Shown here piece by piece: positions 25,739-37,339 of a DNA stretch of 41,507 nucleotides. The notes under the pieces were generated by a model. The model saw nothing but the letters and a program-made list of their open reading frames with translations, made no database searches and had not been told where the DNA came from. The stretch spans positions 1 through 41,507 of the forward strand of contig JAUCBJ010004352.1 in NCBI GenBank assembly GCA_032718475.1, in the 5' to 3' direction. The DNA is from Nemertoderma westbladi (lineage: Eukaryota > Animalia > Xenacoelomorpha). A program made the position numbers and the translations under genes. The first letter of the stretch is position 1. Each line of letters starts with the position of its first letter.

Positions 25739-26272
25739 TGTTAGCTTATCCAATTCCGCTAACACAAACCCATAGAGTGAGCCATAAAGCAATATTGGGA
25801 GCACGAGGTTGATTACCAATCAACCTCGTGTCAGCCCAGTAAACGGGGACAATAGGCCCCAAAGGAGACACACACAATAGGGGTCAGGGGCCAAACCCCT
25901 AACCGAGAGAGAACACAGGGAGTGAAGGGAAACACTCCAAAGGGTGCCAACAGGGGTATCAACCAATCAGAGGGGGGAAAGGCATCGATTGAGTAGCAAT
26001 AAGGCCACCGTGCAATATAACCAGTAACCTGTAATCATTCATTCAGTTTACTCAGTCAGATCAGTAGGGTGGAACGGGGACTTCTGTCACCGTCCGCTAC
26101 CGCCATCATACTTATATTACCTGTTGTGTCATACTATATCTATATCTATATATCAGACTATTATACCTTATACATATAACCGAACACCAGAACTCTTTTA
26201 CCTTTCACACACGGCGGGGACGCGTGGATAGAAAACCCAACGGATAAACCGGGATCCGTAGATCCCGTCACA
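25739..26272 (+). repeat. 5' LTR
   Basis: TGTTAGC...CGTCACA; no differences from the 3' LTR found by eye. Confidence 0.97.
25961..26048 (+). promoter_or_regulatory. Putative LTR core promoter
   Basis: CCAAT at 25963, TATAA at 26016-26020, Inr-like TCAGTT at 26043-26048 (~29 nt after TATA). Confidence 0.45.
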
Positions 26273-26395
26273 GTGACAGAATCAGATCCACCCAGCTGCC
26301 CTGACAGTGACAGAACTAGATCCGCCCAGCTGCCCTGACAGAGATAGAATAGAGCTACCGTCCTAGCTAGCGACGACCAGCTACCAAAGACGACG

Positions 26396-29300
26396 ATGAG
26401 AGAGAGAGGAACGACACCGCCGCGGACCCCGGACGACGACCTAACGATCCGTGAGGCCACGGCGAGACGATACGAACCCACGACGCCGATCGATGCTACG
26501 CCGACCACGTCGACGCAGGTTGACGCCACGTCGACAACGAGCAACCCGGCGAACCAAGATGTGGGGGGTCGTCTACAACCGGAGAGCGAGTCGAGGGAAG
26601 GAGACGAGAAGGGAGGAGAAGAGAAAGACGAGTCGACGCGGAGCGAGGGTCGACATACCGATGTCACCGGTCAGCCACAGGCCGAGGACGACGGACGGTC
26701 CACCGGAACGGCAACGGTGGGGCCGTCGGTACGACGTCGGACCCGGAGAGACAGAGGAGAGATCGGCGACGAGGACGTCGGGGTTTCTGATCGACTTCGA
26801 CGGGCCTACAACGCGACCCGGGAACTACTAAAGGAGGCCAAGGAGGGGGCGAAGGTAGACGAGGTGAGACTGAGGAGACGACTAGGTGAGTCGAACAGGT
26901 ACCTTGATCACCTAGTGTGTTCTGGGCAGAGAGAACTAGCCGAGGAGAGGGCGTGGGGAGTTGCCTTCGGACTGTTTGAACTATGGGAATGTGGGGGTAT
27001 GGAGCCTAGTGTAGTGTACATAGGGCCATACTTAGTCGATGCCCGGGGAGCAAAATTAGTGGGTTGGAAGAGACCTGAGGAGGGCGAATCCGAGGTTAAA
27101 CCCAAGGATTCGGTCTCGTCGGTCGGAAGAAGTTCCGGGAAGCGGGGGAAAGTTGGTAGGACGGAGGGGCGACGGGAGTCCGTCGCAACCGATAAGTCTG
27201 CTACATCCTCCGCAAAAGAAAGAAGGGTGCGGGAGAGATATCTAAAGTGTAAATTAGGAATGGCGGCGGCAGAGCAGGAACAGTTAGAGTGGCAATTGAG
27301 GAGTGAAACCACATTATTAGAGTTGGCAAGGGAGGATAGAGAGAGAGCCGAGGAGCGAAGAGATCGGGAGATGAGAGTAGAGAGCGAGCCGGCGAGCTGG
27401 TTTGATATGCTTGCGAGAGAGACGGCCGAGCGAAGTTTACGAGGGTACAGAGAGAGAGAGATAGAGAAAGAGCGTGACCGGGATGATTTGTGTGCCAGGA
27501 TAGGGAGGCTTGCGCAATATCAAGCCAAACTTAAACGGCGCCGACTAGAACTGGCGCGGTTGGAAATGTCAGAGAGTGAGACCCCACTTACAGGCACCGG
27601 GCGAGAGAACCAGAACTGGTGTAGCCGTACGGGCGGGGGGGGTAGTAGTAGTACGTTAGAGACAGTTAATGTTAATAGTACCGTAGTAAATAACCCTAAT
27701 CCCTTTATTACAGGAAATATTTTACCCGGTAGTAGTAATTTAAGTTTAAATTCAAATAATAACATTAATTCAAATATTCAGAATAATTCAAATAATACGA
27801 ATAATAATTTAAATTTTGAAAATAATAACAATCCTAATTTAAATAATTTAAATAATAATCCCGTTTCAAATTCTAATAATTTAATTGATTTAACAAATAA
27901 TATTGGGAATGGTGCTATTGATATGAGCGTGTCGGACGTGCATAACCCGACAGACGGTGGCCTGGTAGGCCACGTAGTTAGTAGGCAGGAAGTGGCAGGG
28001 CTGAGCCAACCCGACGGCGGCCTGGTAGGCCACGTAGTTGGTAGGCAGGAGGTAGCGGGGTTGAGCCAACCCGAGGTGGGCCTGATGGGCCACGCAGTAG
28101 TAGAGAGAGAGGCGGGGGTGAATAGACCCAGCCGTAGTAGAGACAGTGCGTCGACTAGAGAGGGGTGTAGAGACGAAGTAAGAGATATTGAAGTTTGATG
28201 TGGCGAGTGGGGGGGGGGGGCTACCGGCGCCCCACCACGTAAGACTAGTGGCGAGAGAGGGGGGGCAGAGAATGCCCCACAAGAGGGACGCAGAAGTGTA
28301 GTAAGAGATAGTGGAGTTAGAAGTGGCGGGTGGGGGGGGGCTACGGGCACCCCACCGCGAGAAGTTAGTAGAGAGAGAGGGGGGACAGAGAGTGTCCCAC
28401 AGCCGTCAGCGGATAATGCGCGGGCCGAATCAGGTAAACCGCAACAACCGGCGACGGAGAGTAATAGGGGGATTGCGAGTATCCCCAGCGGCGTGCGATC
28501 GAGCAGAGAGAGGCAGGTTGACGTCGCGAGAGGGCAGGCGAAGCGTCGAGCCCGATCAGAAGAGAGAAGAAGAACAGTGGAGTTTAACCGGGAGGTCGAC
28601 GAGAGATCTCACGAGCCGGAATACTACACAGAAAAGAGAAGAAGAGAAGATAGTAGAAGAAGTGTCGCCACGAACGATAGCAGTGCGAGGACGGATAACG
28701 GACCGTCGACAGTAGAGATGGAGTTAGGGAGTCAGTGGGGTCGAACTTCGGGAGATTGCCGTCGCCCCGGAGAAACGCACCGCACGCCAAGAGAGGGGTA
28801 CAGGGGGTACCAATACAAAGTCGAGAACAGGAGAGGGGATCGAAGAGAAGCTTCCCGACGGGATATAGCTGCCGATCGAGAGTGCAGTAGTCGCGGGGAG
28901 ATTCGAGATTCGCGAAGAATAAACTTCGGTTCGGAAGGGCACATGCAGACTGCAGGACATACTGTAGGCCTTACTGCACATACTATTATAGGCCATGCTG
29001 GGAGGGATAGAGTAGGCGATGGGGTAGCGCGAACGACGGAATTAAACCCGGAAGTCGCGGAGTACATACCGGTAGGTAGGCGAGAGGTAGGTAGGCCTAT
29101 ATCGGTACAGCAGCATGACTATAATACACAGGGACATAACATATATCCAGGGGAGGGGGGAGTTATTGGAGATAGACGTATGGGCCCCAATGTATTAACA
29201 TCAATCCCAGTACCAAACATACCGGCTGGGGGGGGACAGGGTGACATTCCCCCATCACAATATCGACAATATACCCCGATAGGAGCAAGAATATCGAACT

Positions 29301-30094
29301 CCCTGGACGAGAGCAGGTCGTGCGGACAGTCACCACCACACGCGGCCATACAGGGGACTACCAGTCCACAGTTAGCTGGTAGTAGGGCCACACCGTGGCA
29401 GGGACAGAAAGAAAATAACACCAAAAATAAACACAATCCCAATATACCCAGTAGGCCGAGTCTAGACAACCAAAACATTAAATCGGTACATATAAACCTA
29501 AGCGCGATACGTGAAGGACTATACAGGAAACGCTATAATCCAGGATTCCAATGTCAATTACATCGGGACGGAACTCATAAGACCAGGAGTTGTAAGTACT
29601 GGCAAGCGTTGCCCAAACGAGATCGTGTAGCCTACACAGACGCAAACGGACTATGTCATCGATGTGTGGTAAAAGGACACAGATCCGGAGAGTGTTGGAA
29701 AGGGAAAGGATATGAAAGGACTAAACCAGGGGCAGAGAAGCCCATTAGCAAACATAAGGGAGTCGGGAAAGTAGGAGGAGGCGTGTTGCATACACACGCA
29801 GGACGGACACAGTGCGAGGGGGCATTGCACGGGCAGACACCGCGTATACCGAGGGACGAGCGGGGGTCGTCGAGGGCTTTAATGCCAGCGCACATACGAA
29901 GGGGGAGGCCAGCAAAGGTGGCACCGAAGAGAGTGTGGCGAAGAGTTAGAGGGCGTATAGGGGGGCAGCAGGAGAGTGCCTACCGGAAGAAGGGGCACGT
30001 GAGAGTTTTTAGTCGTCCAAAGTTTTGGACTGAGGGGGGTGGGAATGAGGGCGAGACGCCCTTCCCACGCACAAAATATAAAATAATTATTTAA
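26396..30094 (+). CDS. gag: BEL/Pao-type Gag-like protein, one reading frame of ~1230 codons with a single internal TGA at 28196-28198
   Basis: ORFs 26396-28198 and 28493-30094 share a frame with no other stop between them; VKPKDSVSSVG motif, coiled-coil region, and CQLH...H....C...LCHRC...GH....C zinc knuckles as in BEL/Pao Gag. Confidence 0.75.
27947..28400 (+). repeat. In-frame internal repeats in gag (60-bp unit x ~3; ~123-bp unit x 2)
   Basis: DGGLVGHVV.RQEVAGLSQP repeats; 28180-28280 resembles 28303-28400. Confidence 0.85.
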
Positions 30095-30139
30095 TTAAAA
30101 ATAAGAAAATAATTAAATAATAGAGTAGGTAGAAGTTAG

Positions 30140-30147
30140 GTAGTAAG

Positions 30148-30188
<41 letters not shown>

Positions 30189-32530
30189 AAGAGGATACGT
30201 AGTACCGTTAGTTAGAGAGTTAGTAGGTACGTAGTACCTAATCAGAGTTAGAGTTAGTAGGTACGTAGTACCTAGAGTTAGAGAGTTAGTAGGTACGTAG
30301 TACCTAGAGTTAGTTAGAGTTAGTAGGTACGTAGTACCTAGAGTTAGTTAGAGTTAGTAGGTACGTAGTACCTAATCAGAGTTAGAGTTAGTAAGTACGT
30401 AGTACCTAGAGTTAGAGAGTTAGTAGGTACGTAGTACCGATAGTTAGAGAGTTAGTAGGTACGTAGTACCTAGTTAGAGTTAGAGTTAGTAGGTACGTGG
30501 TACCTAGTTAGAGTTAGAGCTAGAGGGTACGTAGCACCGCTAGTTAGAGTTAGAGTTAGAGGGTATGTAGTACCGCTAGTTAGAGTTAGAGTTAGTAGGT
30601 ACGTAGTACCTAGAGTTAGTTAGAGAGTCAGTAGGTACGTGGTACCTAGTTAGAGTTAGAGTTAGTAGGTATGTAGTACCTAGAGTTAGTTAGAGAGTCA
30701 GTAGGTACGTGGTACCTAGTTAGAGTTAGAGTTAGTAGGTACGTGGTACCTAGTTAGAGTTAGAGCTAGAGGGTACGTAAGTACCGCTACTTAGTTAGAG
30801 AGTTGGAGGGTACGTAAGTACCGCTAGTTAGTTAGAGTTAGAGGGTACGTAAGTACCGCTAGTTAGTTAGAGTTAGAGGGTACGTAAGTACCGATTAGAG
30901 AGTAAGAGTTAGAGGGTACGCAGTACCGTTAGAGAGTAGGAGCTAAGGGGTACGTAGTACCATTAGTTAGTAAGAGTCAGCTAGTTAGTTAGTTAAGGGT
31001 ACGTAGTACCGCTAGTTAGCTAGAGTAGTTAGAGGGTACGTAGTACCATTAGTCAGTAGGAGTTAGTTAGTTGAGGGTACGTAGTACCGCTAGCTAGCTA
31101 GAGAGTAAGAGTTAGTTAGTTAGTTAGTTAGTTAGTTGAGGGTACGTAGTACCGATAGTTAGAGAGTTAGTAGGTACGTAATACCTAGTTAGAGTTAGAG
31201 TTAGAGGGTACGTAGTACCGATAGTTAGAGAGTTAGAGGGTACGTAGTACCAATAGTTAGTTAGAGTTAGTAGGTACGTAGTACCTAGTTAGAGTTAGAG
31301 TTAGTAGGTACGTGGTACCTAGTTAGAGTTAGAGTTAGAGGGTACGTAGTACCGATAGTTAGAGAGTCAGTAGGTACGTAGTACCTAGTTAGAGTTAGAG
31401 TTAGAGGGTATGTAGTACCGATAGTTAGAGAGTTAGAGGGTACGTAGTACCAATAGTTAGTTAGAGTTAGAGGGTACGTAAGTACCGGTTAGAGAGTAAG
31501 AGTAAGAGGGTACGTAGTACCGCTAGCTAGTAGAGAGAGCTAGAGTAGTAAGAGGGTACGTTGTACCGCTAGCTAGTAGAGAGAGCTAGAGTAGTAAGAG
31601 GGTACGTAGTACCGCTAGCTAGTAGAGAGAGCTAGAGTAGTAAGAGGGTACGTAGTACCGCTAGTTAGGGGTGTTAGTAGTAGCAGTAGAGGGTTGTGGG
31701 CACCGTAAGCGCCACGTAGTTAGAGTTGGTAGAGAATGCGCTGAACTTAGTGGGGCACGGGCGTGATGATGTGTTTGATGTAAGAGCAGGGTATGTTGAT
31801 TAGGGTGGGTGCCGGGCACAAGAGGTGCCGGGCACAAAAAGAGTTAGTAGTAGAGTTAGTTGAGTTAGTAGAGAGTTAGTAGAGTTAGTAGAGTTAGAAG
31901 GTGCCGGGCACAAGAGGTGCCGGGCACAAAAAGAGTTAGTAGAGTTAGAAGGTGCCGGGCACAAGAGGTGCCGGGCACAAAAAGAGTTAGTAGAGTTAGA
32001 AGAGAGTTAGTAGAGTTAGTAGAGTCAGTAGTAGTTCACATAATTAACGTACCCACTCTGCCGGCACTCAGAGCGTCACGTGTAGGCGATGAGATGTAAA
32101 GGGGATGTAGAGGAGTAGAGACGGGCACATAGGGTGCCAGAGAGTAGAAGAGAAGAGAGGGCACATAGGGTGCCAGGTAGTAGAGCTAGAGAGGTAGTAG
32201 AGTAGAGTAGTAGAAGGGCACATAGGGTGCCAGATAGTAGAATGGTTGTGGGCACCGCAAGCGCCACGTAGTTAGAAGAGTGGAGTAGAGTTAGTAGAGC
32301 TAGTTAGTAGAGTTAGCAGAGCTAGTGGAGTAGAGTTAGTAGAGCTAGTTAGCAGAGTTGGTAGACTCAGAGGAGTCAAGTAGAGTTAGTAGAACTAGAA
32401 AGTTAGTAGGAGTTAGTTAGACCTAGTAGAGAGTTAGAGTCAGTAGAAAGTTAGAGGCTCTCAGTTAGAGCTAGAAGTAGTAAGAGTTAGTAGTTAGCAG
32501 AGTTAGTTAGATAGTTAGAGTTAGTAAGCA
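30140..32530 (+). repeat. Purine-rich, C-poor degenerate tandem array containing ~40 GGTAC-GTA-GTACC mini-hairpins and GGCAC/GTGCC variants
   Basis: ~32-36-nt units AG(TTAG)...GGTACGTAGTACC from ~30190 to 31660; GTGCCGGGCAC and GGCACATAGGGTGCC units in 31808-32232. Confidence 0.9.
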
Positions 32531-32934
32531 GTAGGTAGATAGTATGATAGCACAGGGGTAGCATTAGAGATTAAAGCCTTAGGGAGTGACAAGAGAGTGG
32601 AGAGGTGATAGTGCGGAGTGCGAAGAGAGCGTGGGCGCAATTCAAGTGTGGGGGAGGAGAAGTGAGAGGAAGAGTGTGGGACGAGGAGGTCCGGGGGTAT
32701 GCGAGAGTTGGAGTAGAGTGGTGAGAGTGTTGGGGAAACAAAAATTGTGTGAGAGAAGCGCACGATCGGCCCGACACGAGACGCCAGAGGGTAGTGACAT
32801 CATACCCATAGGGAGCGGCCTGGAAAGCCGACTCCGAAAAAATATACCCACCCCACACCCGATGTTAGATCGGGATCCAGCAGAATTGTAGCGCACTTTG
32901 GTTGGATGCTATCTTCTCACCGGGAAGATAGCAT

Positions 32935-32943
32935 GGGGGGGAG
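32935..32943 (+). other. Polypurine tract
   Basis: GGGGGGGAG directly before TG of the 3' LTR. Confidence 0.8.
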
Positions 32944-33477
32944 TGTTAGCTTATCCAATTCCGCTAACACAAACCCATAGAGTGAGCCATAAAGCAATAT
33001 TGGGAGCACGAGGTTGATTACCAATCAACCTCGTGTCAGCCCAGTAAACGGGGACAATAGGCCCCAAAGGAGACACACACAATAGGGGTCAGGGGCCAAA
33101 CCCCTAACCGAGAGAGAACACAGGGAGTGAAGGGAAACACTCCAAAGGGTGCCAACAGGGGTATCAACCAATCAGAGGGGGGAAAGGCATCGATTGAGTA
33201 GCAATAAGGCCACCGTGCAATATAACCAGTAACCTGTAATCATTCATTCAGTTTACTCAGTCAGATCAGTAGGGTGGAACGGGGACTTCTGTCACCGTCC
33301 GCTACCGCCATCATACTTATATTACCTGTTGTGTCATACTATATCTATATCTATATATCAGACTATTATACCTTATACATATAACCGAACACCAGAACTC
33401 TTTTACCTTTCACACACGGCGGGGACGCGTGGATAGAAAACCCAACGGATAAACCGGGATCCGTAGATCCCGTCACA
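32944..33477 (+). repeat. 3' LTR
   Basis: Copy of 25739-26272. Confidence 0.97.
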
Positions 33478-34010
33478 GGGGATTTACTTGACTGACAGCG
33501 AACAGCTTTTAAGAGTAGTGTTAATGGTCCCCGATTAATATGTGAAGACTTATTTCATCATTGTATTGTAAAATCACGAAACGACTGATTGTTAATAAAC
33601 TGCGTAATTAATGCTTTTTGTACAGAAAACCACACTAAGGTTAATGTGGTGCACTTTCAATATAAATCCATATATCACAATATAAGAGTAGGAATAACAT
33701 TGGAATGATTCTGCATATTATTTGCATATTATATGGGCTATATTTTTTAAATGGGACTGAATGGATCCCTTTAAACAATAACGTTTCATTCAATTTAAGA
33801 CATTATGAATTGACATGAAGGTTATGTTATTCGTATAAATTCAGCTTTTATTATATCCTTACATTTTTATTTTCCTCTAATTTATTTTGTGATATTGATG
33901 ACTATAATTTAAATAATTGTTTCTGTTGCTTCTTCTATATGGATCGCCATCTAAATTGGAAAAAGGCTCGGTTGATTGAGTTTCGTGGAGACTTGGTGTA
34001 TGTAGAAGTA

Positions 34011-34510
34011 CTACTAGGATCGGCATGCTGCATTGCAGCTGCATTTTTAAGAATGCTGTGCCGGCTTGTCAACAAAATTGCACCGCCACAACTCCCTATC
34101 ACCCATGACATTTGCTAGATCATCCGCATCTTTAAGGCCAGTGTCCTTTAAGATGCGTCTCAAGAAAGTCATGGGCTGTCCACCATGCTTATTCACTCCA
34201 TGAGGCTGCCAAAGTACAAGATTATGCACTGGCTGGTCCTCACGGCGAAAGCAATGTCCTGCAAAGCGGAGGCGATTTTGTTCTAGTGTCAAGCTTGGGG
34301 AACCAATGAGACACCTCCAATGTTATATAGTGTCTGGTTGGAGATGTGTGCATTGTACTTGACACAATGAACCCGGCGTAGCATTCTTGTGAATGTGCCA
34401 TCCAGAGATTTGGTGTCCTCAGCAGTTAGAGCCCAGCATGGACTCCCATAGAGGACTACTGGAACTACTGCTGCTCTAAATAATCGGACCTTAAGTTTCC
34501 GATTAATTCT
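34011..34510 (-). mobile_element. 5'-truncated RTE LINE (family B)
   Basis: RKLKVRLFRAAVVPVVLYGSPCW...RLRFAGHC; TSD-like TGTAGAAGTA (34001-34010) / TGTAGAGGTA (34514-34523). Confidence 0.9.
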
Positions 34511-35011
34511 CGGTGTAGAGGTAGTATCATACTTAAGTATGAAACATCTCAATTGTAGCAGTTTTGTATTCAGTTTAAGGTAAATCAGGTCGAGTATTGC
34601 GATTTTTGATTGATGAATCGGGTTCACTAAGCCAAAGGTAATGACAATCGCACCTGATCCTGAAAAAAAGACGTCTGACGCGCAACAATAAGAGTTACGA
34701 TACAATAATTATCTCAAGAATTTACAGGTAATTAATCTTAATCTTAGACATTATTGATCAATAATTGATCATGACTTTTTCTAGGCCATTCTAGATATTT
34801 ATACTATCTTAATCCGGTTTTTAATTGGGGATAAAATTCCCAATCCAGGCTCTGCTTCCATTATATTTCAGCTGATTTTTTATAAGGATAATTTGACCGA
34901 AGAAACTTGATAAATAATTCCGTTTTGCTTATTTGGTTGGTACTGTACTTAGACCTACTTACAATATAGGCATCATATTAATGTAATACTATGATAAATA
35001 AAACGATATAA

Positions 35012-35830
35012 AACCAATATAGTCTTCGTTGCATCCGAGACAGGTCATGACATAAATAACATTTTTGCTGTTACAATTTAGATGATGTCGGATTGTAAAT
35101 GGCCGTACTGCGTTTAGAAATTTTAGAACTGCGAAATGCGAAAACAAAAAAGGGAGGTGTGAAATATGCGACGTCATTGGTATAGCAACAGTTCTAAAAT
35201 TTCTAAACGCAGTACGGCCATTTACAATCCGACATCATCTAAATTGTAACAGCAAAAATGTTATTTATGTCATGACCTGTCTCGGATGCAACGAAGACTA
35301 TATTGGTCAAACCATTAATTTTAGAGCGCGCACTAATTTGCACAAAAATCATATACGGGATAAAAGTCAATAACATATGAAGTGCAGCGAACATATAAAA
35401 AGTTGTGGTATGGCCCAATTTACAATAATTCCATTTTACCAATGTCCTTCTGACGATTTACCTTTGCTATCTATTGACCTACGAGGACCATTTCATAAAA
35501 CTGTTTAGGCCCTCATTAAATTGCTAATGCACAGGGCACAGCACAACGACACAAAGGCCCGCTTAGGCCCGCCCCATTGTTACTCAACAAAGATAATATT
35601 GTGTAACTACCCAACACCTCTAGGCCCACAGCAACAAAGCAGTACAATATACCATTCAAACTCAATTTGGGGGAATTCCACATTATTGGCCCCACTGAAA
35701 GAAAGGAGACATATATAACTCACCCTTTGAACAGTAAGAAAGCTACACAATATTTTTACCGCTGAAGAGCCAACGCGAAATGCATTCGGTATTTTAACAT
35801 TAATAATAATAAATGAGCTTTTTTACTGTA
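35012..35830 (+). mobile_element. Penelope-like element 3' fragment (GIY-YIG endonuclease) with an upstream inverted partial copy
   Basis: NCNSKNVIYVMTCLGCNEDYIGQT..FRAR..LHK...CSEHIKSCG...EDHFIKLFRPSLN (~35190-35520); 35013-35131 is the reverse complement of 35189-35307. Confidence 0.9.
35757..35791 (+). ncRNA. Minimal type I hammerhead ribozyme of the Penelope pLTR
   Basis: TACCG-CTGAAGA-GC-CAAC-GC-GAAA-TGCA-TT-CGGTA: stem I TACCG/CGGTA, core CUGANGA and GAAA, 2-bp stem II, palindromic stem III. Confidence 0.75.
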
Positions 35831-37339
35831 TATATATATTATTTATTTATCTGTACTATCTAATAAACATAATTAAATCATTTTTATATAATATAATTAA
35901 TGAAAACTGGCTAACATATCGTTTTATTTATCTTATTTCTATCGGATGTCACCTTAAAGCAAACTACTTCTATATGTAATAATATTATAGCGTGTGAAAG
36001 ATGGAAAATATCCCATCTTATTTATTATTAACCAATTATTTCTGGTTTGCTCTTCTCATTACTTATTTACAGGTAATATATGAATTTTTGTAACAGACAA
36101 ATTGAGCTAATTATATATCAAAAAATTTGAAAGAAAATTCAGTAGTGTATAAATAATACATGGAATAGTGGATATAATTCGAATAATGGCAGAAATGTTG
36201 CGCCGGGCTTGCCACATCAATTATTAATGAGTTTTATATAATGGGCTTCATTTGAAGTTTTCTTAATTTGGTATTCCTTAGATACCAAAGCCCTTTCGTC
36301 TCTCTTGTTTATTCTGTCAGTAACTAGCCACGCCATTAATTCACTGGGTTTGAAAGTCTAAAAGACGACTTGCCCACTTTACAAATCACAGTTTCTGGAA
36401 GACCTTTGGTGATTGCAATTAGAGTATTTCTTTTTTCAATCCTTGTTTTTTAAAAATATTACCACTAGGACCTCACCTCTACCAAAGTACAAATTATTAA
36501 TTATTTTTTTACAATAGTTTTACACTTTAGTCTGGTTTTAAAATAATTTATACCCCACGATTTACCCTTTATGACCTCGGGAAAAAAATATTATTTGTAA
36601 TAAATATCTAAATTTGAATCACCTTTTTTAATGTTTTTCATTTAGCAATAACAAAAAAATAATTACGTACGGAATTATTAAAACTACGGGTAGTGTCTTG
36701 TAGCAGATGTTACAGGAATGTCAATGTCTGAACATGAACATGGGAAGTGTCCTCACACTCCCACCAAAGAGCTGGCTTCCCCAGTACAACATCATTCATT
36801 GGCTATCTATTCTAAGAGGGCAGTGGGCGACAACACTCAGCCATTTTCAATTCCCCTTTGCTGCAGGGTTTTGGTAATAAGACCTCGCTACCGATGTCGT
36901 GCAATGCCTAATTTGTTACGTCAACAACGTATATTATGCAGGGACCTCGTGTATGAATCATCAAGGGATTCTGCAGTAACAAACCAGTGGCAGTTGCTAG
37001 CAGCACAGACGTCAGCCACGAAAGTCTCTATCTTCAGATAAGTTTTGATAATCAGGATATTTCCACAACTGTGATGGTATTTTTAATTCAGACCATGTCT
37101 TACCCTTTCCAAATCGATGGTCATGCTGTAGTCTTGGTTTGGTGTGCGATACATATCTTTGAGAATGGATTATTTGATCAATTAATTTAATTATCATTAT
37201 TATTTATTGATCCAATTAATGATTCTGCAAACAACAAGGCAAGTGGTCTGGTTAACTTATTTTCTGAGCATCTTAAACAGGCAGCCCCGTTCCTGGTTAT
37301 ATTCATAAATTTGCTTTATAATGTCTGCCTCTATACAGC

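Larger units (their letters stand above)
25739..33477 (+). mobile_element. Complete non-autonomous, gag-only BEL/Pao-derived LTR retrotransposon (7739 bp)
   Basis: Two 534-bp TG...CA LTRs; 5-bp TSD GGGGA (25734-25738, 33478-33482); PPT before the 3' LTR; gag-like ORF; no protease, RT, RNase H or integrase motifs. Confidence 0.93.

Noticed and set aside
26161-29895. Antisense and alternative-frame ORFs overlapping gag
   Set aside because: Shadows of the GC- and purine-rich gag frame with no motifs
30140-32530. Telomeric repeat tract
   Set aside because: TTAG-containing units are not regular TTAGG or TTAGGG repeats and lie inside an LTR element
36715-36885. Possible degenerate RT fragment on the minus strand (RGIENG*VLSP)
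   Set aside because: Single weak motif, not enough support
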